64,000 nucleotides of DNA from an uncultured Candidatus Saccharibacteria bacterium (GCA_964574655.1 CAZNOH010000004.1:2046-66045); one strand, 5' to 3'. Shown: positions 9,836 to 19,545, numbered from the stretch's first letter. Made by a program: numbers and translations. Notes: a model not told the origin generated them from the sequence alone.

Positions 9836-10267
9836 CTACACCCCAAGCTCTCCTAATTTTTCAGCTATTTCACTGCTATTTTTTTCAGTTGCTAATTTAT
9901 AAGTATTCCATTTTTCTTCATCCCAGATTTCCAAACGATTGAATAATCCAGCGATGATGACTTTTTTTGTGATTGATGAAAAATTTCGTAAATATTGCGG
10001 AACAATTATCCGACCATGGCTGTCTAATTTAACATCCATTGCACCTGCTAACATAAGTCTTGAAAATGCTCTGGTATTAGCTTGACTGATTGGCAAGCTG
10101 GCTAATTTGTTTGCAAGCTTTTCCCATTCTTCTTGAGTATAAAGAAATAAACAATTATCTAAACCTCGTGTAACAACAGCGCCTTTTTTTATTTGGGCGC
10201 GAAATTTGGAAGGAATTGCAAGACGGCCTCTGTCGTCAATTGAATGTTGATATTCGCCGATAAACAT
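9836..10267 (-). CDS. mraZ: Transcriptional regulator MraZ
   Basis: MFIGEYQHSIDDRGRLAIPSKFR N-terminus; duplicated MraZ half-domains. Confidence 0.9.
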   Translation of the reverse strand: MFIGEYQHSIDDRGRLAIPSKFRAQIKKGAVVTRGLDNCLFLYTQEEWEKLANKLASLPISQANTRAFSRLMLAGAMDVKLDSHGRIIVPQYLRNFSSITKKVIIAGLFNRLEIWDEEKWNTYKLATEKNSSEIAEKLGELGV

Positions 10268-10310
10268 CAGAATAAAACTAAAAATATAAGAATGTTGTTA
10301 ACTGAAAATC

Positions 10311-10338
10311 TCCCATTTTGTCCCATTTTGTTCCATTT
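10311..10338 (-). promoter_or_regulatory. Putative MraZ operator: three direct TGGGA/TGGAA repeats at 10-bp period, 44-71 nt upstream of mraZ
   Basis: Plus strand tcccattttg tcccattttg ttccattt; resembles the spaced direct-repeat MraZ boxes known upstream of mraZ. Confidence 0.5.
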
Positions 10339-10476
10339 CAGGTTTATTATACGCCATTTATATACAGTGTCAATGCTCATGAAGAAATTTTCTGGTCGTC
10401 TTTAACCTTATTCTAGCCAAAATTACTGCATCTAAAGTTATCAACAACACAAATATTAAATATCGAATATTTTAAG

Positions 10477-10506
10477 TATTAAAAAACTGCCTCTTCAGAC
10501 AGTTTA
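10477..10506 (-). terminator. Rho-independent terminator downstream of 10530-11147
   Basis: Hairpin actgcctcttcagacagt preceded by an A-run on the plus strand. Confidence 0.5.
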
Positions 10507-10529
10507 ATCTAAAAAATAATAACTAAAAT

Positions 10530-11147
10530 TTAACGAAATAATTTCATGCCAAATTCCTGTTCTTTTTTTCTATGTTTTTCATCTTTTAATTTGTCAACTA
10601 AGACTTTGTGTTTATTATCTAAAATGCTTTTCAAAAAACGATCTTCAATTTTCCTGCGATAGTTAAATTCCTTTTTGCTCATTATAGTATAATTCAATTC
10701 TTGTCCTTGCTGTTTTTCTAATTCATTAATAATTTTTACTAATTTATTTTTTTCAACATTGTCGCCAATAATTAGAATATCAACTCGACTGTCTGATCTG
10801 GTAAAAATTCCAGACAGCGCTGCAAAATCAATGCTTTGAATTTTTTTTATTTCATCTGCAACTTTTTCCTTAGAAACTATGTTTGCTTTTAAAACCAAAA
10901 CACTTAGCTCTTCAATAATATTGCATTCTTTATTGATTTTATAAAACTTTTTTTGATCTTTATCATAAGTCTTTAAAATTCCAACACTTGTTAAATTTTC
11001 TAGCTCTCTTCTTATTGAATTGATTCTTTCCTGTAATTTTCTGGTAATCTCACGAACATAAAAATCGCTGTTTGGGTTTTTAGCAAATAGACTTAAGATT
11101 TTAACTCTTGATTTAGAGCCAAATAGTTTTTCGAGAACGTTTTTCAT
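10530..11147 (-). CDS. Hypothetical winged-helix (ArsR/MarR-like) DNA-binding protein
   Basis: N-terminal VKILSLFAKNPNSDFYVREITRKL wHTH-like segment. Confidence 0.5.
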   Translation of the reverse strand: MKNVLEKLFGSKSRVKILSLFAKNPNSDFYVREITRKLQERINSIRRELENLTSVGILKTYDKDQKKFYKINKECNIIEELSVLVLKANIVSKEKVADEIKKIQSIDFAALSGIFTRSDSRVDILIIGDNVEKNKLVKIINELEKQQGQELNYTIMSKKEFNYRRKIEDRFLKSILDNKHKVLVDKLKDEKHRKKEQEFGMKLFR

Positions 11148-11410
11148 ATTATTATTTATCTGCCAACCGAAATGCTACAAGTTAAACTTGATAAATACGA
11201 TCGGCTGATAATAAATTGAACAGCTTGTATATTTCAGGCTAAAAATGCATAGAGGCTAGCTTTAAAAAATGTTATCATTTACAGTATAAAATGTCAACAT
11301 ATGCATGGTTTTTGCGTCTTGCAATATATTCTATGTAAGCTATAATTAAAATAGTAAAAAATTATATGCGAATATACGGATTCGTTGATTCGTAATTTGT
11401 AGCATTTGAA

Positions 11411-13747
11411 TTGTTAAAGCAATTTTGTTTTATGTCAATAATAAAGTACGAAAATTTAACGGTTCATGATATTTCAACTAATGAAACATTTAGCAAATCT
11501 TTTGTTTTTGATGCACCGAATAGAAAGTCAAATGAATTAGGAAAATTGGCTGTTGTAGTTGATATTAATATGAATACTGATTTTGCTTCAAAAATGTCGG
11601 AGATTATTTCTGATTGCATTAAACAAGAATATTTCAGATTCAGGTCTTCAGAAAATAAGATGATGATGCTTGGCCATTTTGAATCTGCATTAAGCAAGCT
11701 GAATCAGGCATTATCAACATTAGCAGCCGAAGGCTATGTAGAATGGATTGATAAATTACATGTCGGAATCGCTGCTTTGAGTTTGAATAAAATTCATTTG
11801 GCTTATACAGGATCAACAAAGATATTTTTATATAGACAAAATGAAGCAATAGACATAACTTCAGGTCCGACATCTTCGCAGTCTAATCCGATGAAAACTT
11901 TCATTAATGTTGTTTCTGGAGATATGCAAATCAATGATAAGTTATTGATGGTTTCTCCAAATTTTTTGAAATATTTTTCTTTAGAAAAAGTAAAAAGAAC
12001 CTTATCACAATTCTCTGCCAAAGATTCAATTTCTAATTTCAAAAACTTATTGCAAAATTTTGATAATTCGGCTTTATCGGCTGTTGTCTTGGAACTAAAA
12101 GATGAAAAGGAAGCCTATGAAGAAAATTTTGATTTTTTGAAAAAACCAAGAAGACAAACAATTGAAGATTTAATTAATGAACGTTCTGATAAGAATAACC
12201 CAACATCAGCTGAGGAAGAAAAACCGACACCAGCAGTTCGACCTGTCAATTCCGAAGATTGCAAGGTCTATAATTATCATGAGGCAAAACAAAAAAGCCC
12301 AGCCTTGAATATTGATTCTGATAATGATGTTTTAAAAACTTTGCCGAAAAGGAAAAAAAACGGATCTGGTTTTGAAAAATATACTGAACTAGCAAAAGAT
12401 AATATTTTGAGATTCAAAGATTATGCTTTGCCTGTTTTTGAAAAAGTCGTTGGCTCAATTAAATCATTGAAACCAAAATCAAAAGTTCCGGAAAAAAGAA
12501 TTTTGAGCCGAAAAGCAATTTCGACTCGTTCCTATTTATCTCCCAGAATTCTGCCTTCTGAAAACAAACTGCCAAAATTAGGATTAGATAAATTAAAAAA
12601 TGTTTTTACTAATGCATTTTCTTTTGTAGCTGGTTTGCCTACAAAATCAAAAATGATTTTAGGCGGAATTTTGAGTGTTAGTTTAATTTTAGGATTTAGC
12701 ATATTCTTTCATTCAAATAGTCCGGAGCAAAAAGATATAACTGCAACTAAAAAAGTTGATGAAAATTCAATTGTTCAAGCGCAAGATTTGAATAAAAAAG
12801 CTTCAGATGCCTTGATTTATAATGATAATGAAAAAGCAAAAGGATTTTTAATGGAAGCAACTTTGATTTTAAATGATGCAAAAAAAGATAAAAAATATCA
12901 GAAAGATGCTGAAGATTTATTGAAGAGCGTCACAACTCAGCTTGATAAAATTAATAATGTTACTAGATTAAGCAGTTTAGATGCTATTCCTTTGCCAGCT
13001 GATTTTACGGCAAAAGGAATATTGGGACTAGGCGGAAAATTATATTCTTACGACGAAAATAAAGGCGAGGTTTATTTAATTAATGAAAGTAAAAAATCTC
13101 TAGAAAAAACATCTAAGGAATCTAATGGAATCGGCAACTTAAAATATGGAGCGGTAAATTTATTCAAAGATTATATTGAATTTTTGACTGATTCAAATTC
13201 TGTTTCTGAATTTGTCTTAGATGATAATAATATTTATAAAATTGATTTTACTTTAGATCCAAAAGAGAAAGTCACAGCTTTTGCAAATTACTTTGATGCT
13301 TTGTATGTTCTTGATTCTACTAATAATCAAATCTGGAAACATCAAAGAACAATTGATGGCTATAATAAAGGAGAAGAGTGGTTAGAAGGCTTAGATAATG
13401 GAATTAAAGATGCAAATTCATTTGCGATTGACGGCAGTATTTATGTTCTAAAAGATAGTGGCGAGATTGTGAGCTTTTTGTCTGGAAAAAAGGAAGACTT
13501 TTCTGTTAAAAATTTAGATAAATCTTTTGCAGGTGGCAGTAAGATATTTACTTTATTAGACTATGATAATTTGTATGTTTTAGATCCAGCTAACGAAAGA
13601 TTGGCTGTCTTGGATAAAAATGGAAATGTTTTGAAACAATATGCAAATTCGGATTTCAAAAATGCAAAAGATATTTATGTTGATGAAAGCAAAAACAAAG
13701 GATATGTTTTGAGTAATAATAAAGTGCTGACTTCCGATTTAAAATAA
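11411..13747 (+). CDS. Hypothetical 778-aa membrane protein (TM near residue 420, large Lys/Asp-rich C-terminal domain)
   Basis: Long ORF in native composition; no confident family assignment. Confidence 0.5.
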   Translation: MLKQFCFMSIIKYENLTVHDISTNETFSKSFVFDAPNRKSNELGKLAVVVDINMNTDFASKMSEIISDCIKQEYFRFRSSENKMMMLGHFESALSKLNQALSTLAAEGYVEWIDKLHVGIAALSLNKIHLAYTGSTKIFLYRQNEAIDITSGPTSSQSNPMKTFINVVSGDMQINDKLLMVSPNFLKYFSLEKVKRTLSQFSAKDSISNFKNLLQNFDNSALSAVVLELKDEKEAYEENFDFLKKPRRQTIEDLINERSDKNNPTSAEEEKPTPAVRPVNSEDCKVYNYHEAKQKSPALNIDSDNDVLKTLPKRKKNGSGFEKYTELAKDNILRFKDYALPVFEKVVGSIKSLKPKSKVPEKRILSRKAISTRSYLSPRILPSENKLPKLGLDKLKNVFTNAFSFVAGLPTKSKMILGGILSVSLILGFSIFFHSNSPEQKDITATKKVDENSIVQAQDLNKKASDALIYNDNEKAKGFLMEATLILNDAKKDKKYQKDAEDLLKSVTTQLDKINNVTRLSSLDAIPLPADFTAKGILGLGGKLYSYDENKGEVYLINESKKSLEKTSKESNGIGNLKYGAVNLFKDYIEFLTDSNSVSEFVLDDNNIYKIDFTLDPKEKVTAFANYFDALYVLDSTNNQIWKHQRTIDGYNKGEEWLEGLDNGIKDANSFAIDGSIYVLKDSGEIVSFLSGKKEDFSVKNLDKSFAGGSKIFTLLDYDNLYVLDPANERLAVLDKNGNVLKQYANSDFKNAKDIYVDESKNKGYVLSNNKVLTSDLK

Positions 13748-13776
13748 AGATATAAAAAATTAATTAATCAAAATTT

Positions 13777-14013
13777 ATGTCGGAAGTGCTAACTGGTATC
13801 CCCGAGAATGTGAAGAATGAAGAGAAAAATATCGAACTTACACCGGAACAGGAACAAAGCGTTGAAGCTTTGACGGATAGGATAAGATCACTTTTGAATG
13901 ATTATTCAACTCATAAATTATCGCGCAATGGTGCAGAAACAAGGATAACCTATATTGAAAGCGCTTTAAGAAAAGAACTCGACGAAATCGACAAAAAGAG
14001 ACAAACGAACTAA
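13777..14013 (+). CDS. Small hypothetical protein (78 aa)
   Basis: ORF followed by the terminator at 14029-14056. Confidence 0.35.
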   Translation: MSEVLTGIPENVKNEEKNIELTPEQEQSVEALTDRIRSLLNDYSTHKLSRNGAETRITYIESALRKELDEIDKKRQTN

Positions 14014-14028
14014 TCTCGATAAACAAAA

Positions 14029-14056
14029 ACCGAGGCATTAAAGTCTCGGTTTTTTA
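14029..14056 (+). terminator. Rho-independent terminator
   Basis: ccgaggc-attaaa-gtctcgg hairpin plus T6. Confidence 0.6.
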
Positions 14057-14071
14057 GTATTTGTAAATTCT

Positions 14072-14113
14072 GCAAAAAAGAGGTCCGACCTCCCGCTGGA
14101 GGTCGGACCTCTT
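14072..14113 (-). terminator. Rho-independent terminator of rplL (16-bp perfect stem)
   Basis: aagaggtccgacctcc-cgct-ggaggtcggacctctt, followed on the minus strand by a U-run. Confidence 0.75.
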
Positions 14114-14151
14114 ACGTAATTCGCGATTACATTCGCGAAATTCGTACGATA

Positions 14152-14598
14152 TTATTTTAATTCAACTGTAGCGCCGGCTGTTTCTAATTTCTTTTTCAAT
14201 TCTTCTGCTTCAGCCTTAGCAACTTTTTCTTTAATAACTACTGGAGCTTTATCAATCATGTCTTTAGCTTCTTTAAGACCCTTGCCTGTAATTTCTTTTA
14301 CAGCTTTGATAACTTGGATCTTTTGATCGCCGACAGCCTTCAATTCAATGTTGAATTCTGTTTTTTCTTCAGCTTCACCTGCTTCGGAACCTGCAGCACC
14401 TGGCATAGCCATGCTCATTGGAGCAGCTGCTGATACACCGAATTTTTCTTCTAGAACTTTGACTAATTCAGAAAGTTCTAAAACTGACATTTTTTCAATT
14501 CCTTCTACTAAGGTTTTGAATTTTTCTGGAACTACGACGTCTTTTTTTTCAGAAACCTTTTCTTCAACTTTAGCTTCTACTTTTTTTTCTTCTGCCAT
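14152..14598 (-). CDS. rplL: 50S ribosomal protein L7/L12
   Basis: C-terminal domain [22 protein letters not shown]...VELK. Confidence 0.9.
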   Translation of the reverse strand: MAEEKKVEAKVEEKVSEKKDVVVPEKFKTLVEGIEKMSVLELSELVKVLEEKFGVSAAAPMSMAMPGAAGSEAGEAEEKTEFNIELKAVGDQKIQVIKAVKEITGKGLKEAKDMIDKAPVVIKEKVAKAEAEELKKKLETAGATVELK

Positions 14599-14599
14599 A

Positions 14600-14738
14600 A
14601 ATTTATTGTGGTTTATTAGTTAATTAGTTTATTAGTTAATTAGGAAACTGATTAAGATAGCCTAATCAACTAATATAACTAATTAAACTAATCAAACTTT
14701 ATTATTAATTTAGTTATTTAGTTATTTATAATTTAGTT
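14600..14738. repeat. AT-rich palindromic spacer; its last ~33 nt is a copy of the four-helix-bundle cassette terminal repeat
   Basis: 14706-14738 atttagttatttagttatttataatttagttatt is the reverse complement of the 5784-5816 family. Confidence 0.55.
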
Positions 14739-15258
14739 ATTTCTTGTCTTTCACGGCGCTTAATACATTAATAAGGCCTCGCAAGTTACCTGCCAACACG
14801 TTAACAAAACCAGTGATTGGAGCTTTGATAGTACCAACAGTTCTTGCAAGCATTTCTTCTTTTGAAGGAAGCTTGGCTAAATTCACGACTTCTTTGCTTG
14901 AAAGCAATGCCTTGCCTAAAATACCACCTAATAATTGCATTACCTTGTGCTTTTTAGCAAATTGATGCAAGATCTTTGCTCCTGCTACTTCATCAGCATA
15001 TCCGAAAGCTACTGCGTTTGGTCCTTTAAATTTTTCTAATTTAACATCTTTTAGATCTGAATTTTTCAATGCTAATTCGAATAAAGAATTTTTAACAACC
15101 GATACTTCAACATCTTGTTTCTTAGCTTCTTTTTTTAGCTCTCTGACTTCATTAACTTTCAAACCTGTAAAATTAGCAAAAACTAATGATTTTGCTTTGT
15201 TGAGCTTGTCAGTTGTTTCTTTGACCATCTTTTCTTTTTGTTCTCTTGTTTTGGCCAT
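14737..15258 (-). CDS. rplJ: 50S ribosomal protein L10
   Basis: Conserved L10 fold sequence; upstream of rplL. Confidence 0.9.
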   Translation of the reverse strand: MAKTREQKEKMVKETTDKLNKAKSLVFANFTGLKVNEVRELKKEAKKQDVEVSVVKNSLFELALKNSDLKDVKLEKFKGPNAVAFGYADEVAGAKILHQFAKKHKVMQLLGGILGKALLSSKEVVNLAKLPSKEEMLARTVGTIKAPITGFVNVLAGNLRGLINVLSAVKDKK

Positions 15259-15303
15259 ATATTTTTAATTAAAAATCTAAAATCTAAAGTCTAAAATAAA
15301 AAT

Positions 15304-15450
15304 CTACGGTTTTGCCGTAGGAAATAATATTTTAATATAACATTAGAATATTGAATGTTTTCCTCGGCAAGATTTATCCCGCACATAAAGCGTTATGTGC
15401 TGAACTTGCTGTCTTTGGACTTGTCCTCCGGAGTCTAGCAAGACGGAGGA
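15304..15450. other. Three GC-containing hairpins in the rplJ 5' region at the cassette boundary (15304-15320 ctacgg/ccgtag; 15381-15400 gcacataaagcgttatgtgc; 15424-15450 tcctccg/cggagga)
   Basis: Perfect short palindromes in an otherwise AT-rich spacer; the middle one has a near-identical twin at 40760-40780. Confidence 0.5.
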
Positions 15451-15518
15451 GGATTAAATTAACTTGTAACTATATTTTAGCAAGAAATATTGCATTGTCA
15501 AGAGAAAAAGAAAATATA

Positions 15519-15547
15519 TTGACAATTCTGTCTTAAAGGTGTATATT
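15519..15547 (+). promoter_or_regulatory. Sigma70-like promoter (TTGACA-17-TATATT) for the CsrA island
   Basis: ttgaca at 15519-15524, tatatt at 15542-15547. Confidence 0.5.
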
Positions 15548-15593
15548 TTAATGTTGTGGATGGACTTCCGGAAAGGCAGAACAGGAGGAAGAG

Positions 15594-15929
15594 ATGAAAG
15601 AAACGCTCGCGGTTTTTATTGGCATGCTGCCAATCATCTTTTGTGTTGTTGGCATCATTAGTGCTTCTTACGCAGTTATGCTTCTGTTGTACATTAAATC
15701 AGAGAAGTTCATGCAAATACGACGCTATGTAGCCATGCTCATTATATCCAGCGTTGTTGCTTCAACAGCTGGTTTTTTCATGGTATTCAATCAGTGGAAG
15801 GATGACATAGCTATTTTGTCAAATGCAAAACAATCTTGCGATGTAGAAATGCAGAATTGCAAAGAAAAAATTCGAGGAACAATTATTAATTTACATGGCT
15901 TAGACAGGCAATCTCTTGGGATCCGCTAA
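15594..15929 (+). CDS. Small 3-TM membrane protein (compositionally foreign cassette)
   Basis: GC about 42%; RBS caGGAGGaagag-ATG; hydrophobic segments. Confidence 0.5.
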   Translation: MKETLAVFIGMLPIIFCVVGIISASYAVMLLLYIKSEKFMQIRRYVAMLIISSVVASTAGFFMVFNQWKDDIAILSNAKQSCDVEMQNCKEKIRGTIINLHGLDRQSLGIR

Positions 15930-15970
15930 CTTCACCCCCCCCTATCAAGCTGAATGACTGTTCTTTCTTT

Positions 15971-15994
15971 ACCCTATTTAGTTAGGGTTTTTTA
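15971..15994 (+). terminator. Hairpin plus T-run terminator (ccctatttagttaggg)
   Basis: Near-identical to the terminator at 16830-16851. Confidence 0.5.
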
Positions 15995-16080
15995 TTGACA
16001 AAAATATATGAAATTGGTATTATGATGCTTGCATTGTTCAAATTGCCCTTCATAAAAAAGAAGGACGAGGAGGTCAGGAT

Positions 16081-16566
16081 ATGAAAAAGACGGCGTTGAT
16101 TTTTTTGTTAATGTTTGTCACTTCTCCAGTTTTTGCAAAACCTCAAGTTCAATCTGCTTTTGTCAGCGCAAGGCGTGAAGCTTTCCAAAGCTCTTATGCG
16201 ATGTGTCAAGACAAAGGACTGGCAAGAGAGTTGGGATATGGTACTGGAATTTATATTGAGGACGGTACGGAAAAACCATTTGAATGGTATGCTTGGACTG
16301 TTATTGATGGTTTTGTTCAGTTCCAATTCAATGTTTTGGTGAGCTACGGTGATCGCTACAAAATTATGGTAGAAACTGATTCAATCTCTGACAGGCCTTG
16401 GGATGCAAGAAGTGAAGATTATGAAACCTGTCTTGGAATTGACAATTCATGGGCTTCTTGTTTGCAAAAAAATAATTGCAATTACAAAACAATCTTGGAT
16501 AGCTATTTGGTAAAATTTGAGCGATTTATTTATTTCAAGGAAATGAAAGTAAATGCCTATTACTGA
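16081..16566 (+). CDS. Secreted hypothetical protein with signal peptide (foreign cassette)
   Basis: MKKTALIFLLMFVTSPVFA signal; RBS aGGAcgaGGAGGtcaGGAt-ATG. Confidence 0.5.
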   Translation: MKKTALIFLLMFVTSPVFAKPQVQSAFVSARREAFQSSYAMCQDKGLARELGYGTGIYIEDGTEKPFEWYAWTVIDGFVQFQFNVLVSYGDRYKIMVETDSISDRPWDARSEDYETCLGIDNSWASCLQKNNCNYKTILDSYLVKFERFIYFKEMKVNAYY

Positions 16567-16593
16567 TGCTTCAGTTCGAAAAGGAGGAAGGCA

Positions 16594-16821
16594 ATGCTGA
16601 CGTTGACAAGAAGGTCTGGCGAATCGATCATGATTGGCAATGATATTCGAATCGTTGTCCGTGAAATCAAGGGCAACCAAGTGAGAATCGGTATTGATGC
16701 GCCTAATAACGTTCCTATCTGGCGCGAAGAAATCTATGTGAAAATTCAAGACGAAAGTCAAGATCAAGGTCAACAAAATCAAGACAAAGATCTTGGAGTA
16801 ACTGCTCGCTTAGCACTTTAA
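16594..16821 (+). CDS. csrA: Carbon storage regulator CsrA (75 aa with C-terminal extension)
   Basis: MLTLTRRSGESIMIGNDIRIVVREIKGNQVRIGIDAPNNVPIWREEIY matches the CsrA consensus; RBS aaGGAGGaaGG. Confidence 0.8.
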   Translation: MLTLTRRSGESIMIGNDIRIVVREIKGNQVRIGIDAPNNVPIWREEIYVKIQDESQDQGQQNQDKDLGVTARLAL

Positions 16822-16829
16822 AAAAACAA

Positions 16830-16851
16830 CCCTATTAACTAGGGTTTTTTA
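16830..16851 (+). terminator. Hairpin plus T-run terminator (ccctattaactaggg)
   Basis: 5-bp stem followed by T6. Confidence 0.55.
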
Positions 16852-16884
16852 TTTGCAAAAAATTATGACTCTAAATTTTTATTT

Positions 16885-18009
16885 CTAATTATCTAAATAT
16901 TTTTGTACATTTTTGACATGTTCCTCGCCTGTTTCACTAAAAATTGCCTTTCCTGATTTATCAGTAATGAAATACATATAATTACTTTCTGTTGGATTTA
17001 AAACAGCGTTGATTGCAACCAAGCTTGGATTGCTGATTGGACCTGGCGGTAATCCTTTATGCGTATAAGTATTGTATGGGCTTTTAATTTTTAAATCCTG
17101 AGCAGATGCGCGACTGTCATAATTTCCAGTAACATAAGTGATTGTTGAATCTGATTCTAGTGCTTTTTCTGCTTTGAGACGATTAAAATAAAGTCCGGAA
17201 ACTAGATTCATTTCTTCTGGCGATTTAACTTCTTTTTGAATAATTGATGCTAAAGTCAAAACTTGATTTAATGTCATGTTTTTGCTTTTCACCTGTTCTC
17301 TGATATCTTTAGTTACTTTTTGTCCAAAATTATCGAGCATTTTTTTAATTATTGTCTCTGGATTTGAATCTGCATAAACAAAATAAGTATCAGGATAAAG
17401 ATAACCTTCAAGGCTGGCATCTTTAGGCTTGTCAGCTAAAAAATCATAATTATATTTTTGCGGATTATTAACTTCTGCTAAAAATTTTTCTTGAAAATCT
17501 TTTTTTAATTCATCATACTTAACATTTCTGCTGGCGTTATTTTTTGCATATAAGTCGCCGAGATAATCGGCAATTTGTTTTGAATTCCAGCCCTCTATAA
17601 TAACTATTTTTTGTTGTTGAGAAGATTTATTGCCAGTAATCATTCTGGCAATATCAGCAATACTCATTTTTTGATTAAGTTCATATTTTCCCGGATTAAC
17701 CTTTTTATTAGCAAGCTTTAAGGAAACATAAGTTTTAAAATAGAATTCACTGCTTATTAAACCTTGATTATGCAAATCTTTGGCAAGATCTGAAACGCCT
17801 TCGCCTTTAGCAACATTGAATTCAATAAATTTGCTTGTCTTGCTATTTGATTGATAGAATTTAAAACTAAAAAAAGATGCTAGCAAAAAAAGAATTGCAA
17901 CAATGATAATTATTAATAATCCAAAAATATTATGCTCTTTTTGGAGATGTTTTGATGGCTTGTTGGTAAAAATATTATTTTTGTTGATTGCTTTTTTGAT
18001 GATATCCAT
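16885..18009 (-). CDS. mltG: Endolytic murein transglycosylase MltG (YceG-like)
   Basis: N-terminal TM, YceG domain, LESDSTITYV motif. Confidence 0.75.
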   Translation of the reverse strand: MDIIKKAINKNNIFTNKPSKHLQKEHNIFGLLIIIIVAILFLLASFFSFKFYQSNSKTSKFIEFNVAKGEGVSDLAKDLHNQGLISSEFYFKTYVSLKLANKKVNPGKYELNQKMSIADIARMITGNKSSQQQKIVIIEGWNSKQIADYLGDLYAKNNASRNVKYDELKKDFQEKFLAEVNNPQKYNYDFLADKPKDASLEGYLYPDTYFVYADSNPETIIKKMLDNFGQKVTKDIREQVKSKNMTLNQVLTLASIIQKEVKSPEEMNLVSGLYFNRLKAEKALESDSTITYVTGNYDSRASAQDLKIKSPYNTYTHKGLPPGPISNPSLVAINAVLNPTESNYMYFITDKSGKAIFSETGEEHVKNVQKYLDN

Positions 18010-18178
18010 GAGTGTTAATTTTTAATTTTCAATTTCTAATTTTTATTAAATTTCTAATTACCTAATTTCTAAAATATTTCAAGGATAGAATTAAATTTTA
18101 ATAAAAACAATATTCAAAACTGTTTGAAAATTATTCATTAATTATTTAATAGAAATTTAAAATTAGAAATTAGAAATT

Positions 18179-19264
18179 TTAGAGATATTGTTCTTTCTTT
18201 TTTTCTTTCAAGCTTTCAACTATTTTCTTAACATCCTGAGCTCTACTTTGTGGGCAGACTAACAAAGCATCAGGCGTATCAATAATAATCATATCATCTA
18301 CTCCAATTGTGGCAATTATCTTGTCCTTGGGACCGTAAACTAAACATCCAGTTGTATCAAGACCTTCCCATGTAGCTTTAACCATGTTTTTAGAAGCGTC
18401 TTGTTCTTTTGATAGCTGATCGTATAAAACATCCCAAGCACCAATATCGCTCCAGCCAAATTCACCCTTGATAATTAGGACATCTTTTGGATCCATTTTT
18501 TCAGTTATCGCATAATCAATTGAATCTTTAGGCATTTTTTTAAATTCTGCATCTGCTTTTTTCAGATCTTTGTTTTTTAATAATTCTTTAATTTTTGCTA
18601 AAGATTTATAGTGAACTGGAGAGTATTTTTTGTAGGCTTCTAGAAATAATTTTGGAGTCCACATATAAAAATTAGCATGCCATAAATAATCGCCGGCTTT
18701 TAAATAGCGCTCGGCAGTTTTGTAATCTGGTTTTTCAACATGTCCTTTGAATTCAAAAATTTTGATGCCATTTGTTTCAGAGTGCTTCTTGCCAATATGA
18801 GTATAGCCTAATACAGTACTTGGAAAATTTGGAGAAATAGCAATATCCATCATCTTGCCAGTTTTATCAATTATTTTAGACGCTAACTTGAGAGATTGAA
18901 TGAATTTTTTAACATCAGCAATATAATGATCTGATGGAATAAAAACCATTGGATCATTTGGAAATTTGTTGTCTAAATAAGCAGCGACAAATCCCATAGC
19001 TGGAGCAGTATCTCTTTTTTCTGGTTCAACAATAATATTTTCTTTACTAATCTTTGGAAAAATCTTTTTGATAATTTTGGCGAATTTTTGATTGGTGGAG
19101 AAATAGATATCTTCTTTTTTGAAGTCATTCAAAAATCTTTCATACGTTAATTCAATCATTGTCTTTTCAGAAATAATTTTGCTGAATTGTTTTGGAGTTG
19201 CTTCTCTGCTTTGAGGCCAAAATCTAGTGCCTGTTCCTCCTGCTAAGATAACGATTTTGAGCAT
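18179..19264 (-). CDS. Sugar-1-phosphate nucleotidyltransferase (mannose-1-phosphate guanylyltransferase-like)
   Basis: ILAGGTGTRFWP nucleotide-binding motif. Confidence 0.7.
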   Translation of the reverse strand: MLKIVILAGGTGTRFWPQSREATPKQFSKIISEKTMIELTYERFLNDFKKEDIYFSTNQKFAKIIKKIFPKISKENIIVEPEKRDTAPAMGFVAAYLDNKFPNDPMVFIPSDHYIADVKKFIQSLKLASKIIDKTGKMMDIAISPNFPSTVLGYTHIGKKHSETNGIKIFEFKGHVEKPDYKTAERYLKAGDYLWHANFYMWTPKLFLEAYKKYSPVHYKSLAKIKELLKNKDLKKADAEFKKMPKDSIDYAITEKMDPKDVLIIKGEFGWSDIGAWDVLYDQLSKEQDASKNMVKATWEGLDTTGCLVYGPKDKIIATIGVDDMIIIDTPDALLVCPQSRAQDVKKIVESLKEKKKEQYL

Positions 19265-19427
19265 AAATTTGAAATTAAATTACAAATCCCAAATTCCAAA
19301 CAAATCACAAATTCCAAATTACAAAATGTTTGAATATTACAATTTGCAATTTGTTTGGGATTTGGAACTTTTTTATTGGTTATTCGATATTGTTATTTTA
19401 CCAGAATAACAAAAATGAGACAATAAA

Positions 19428-19545
19428 TAAAAAAAACTCGACACTGAATCGAGTTTTAAGGTTCTACCGCCCTTTAGGGCGGGTTGGGGAAACTTTAGTT
19501 TCCAGCGATTTTGATAACTAAAAACTAAAGTTTTTTCGACCCCAA
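19428..19545 (-). terminator. trxB terminator plus a cluster of four short hairpins sharing cTTTAg loops
   Basis: actcgacactgaatcgagt with U-run; ccgccctttagggcgg; ggaaactttagtttcc; cccaactaaagttggg. Confidence 0.5.

Noticed and set aside
15351-15536. 61-aa plus-strand ORF in the rplJ upstream region
   Set aside because: It spans three hairpins and a promoter-like element and has no RBS; more likely non-coding regulatory or boundary sequence.
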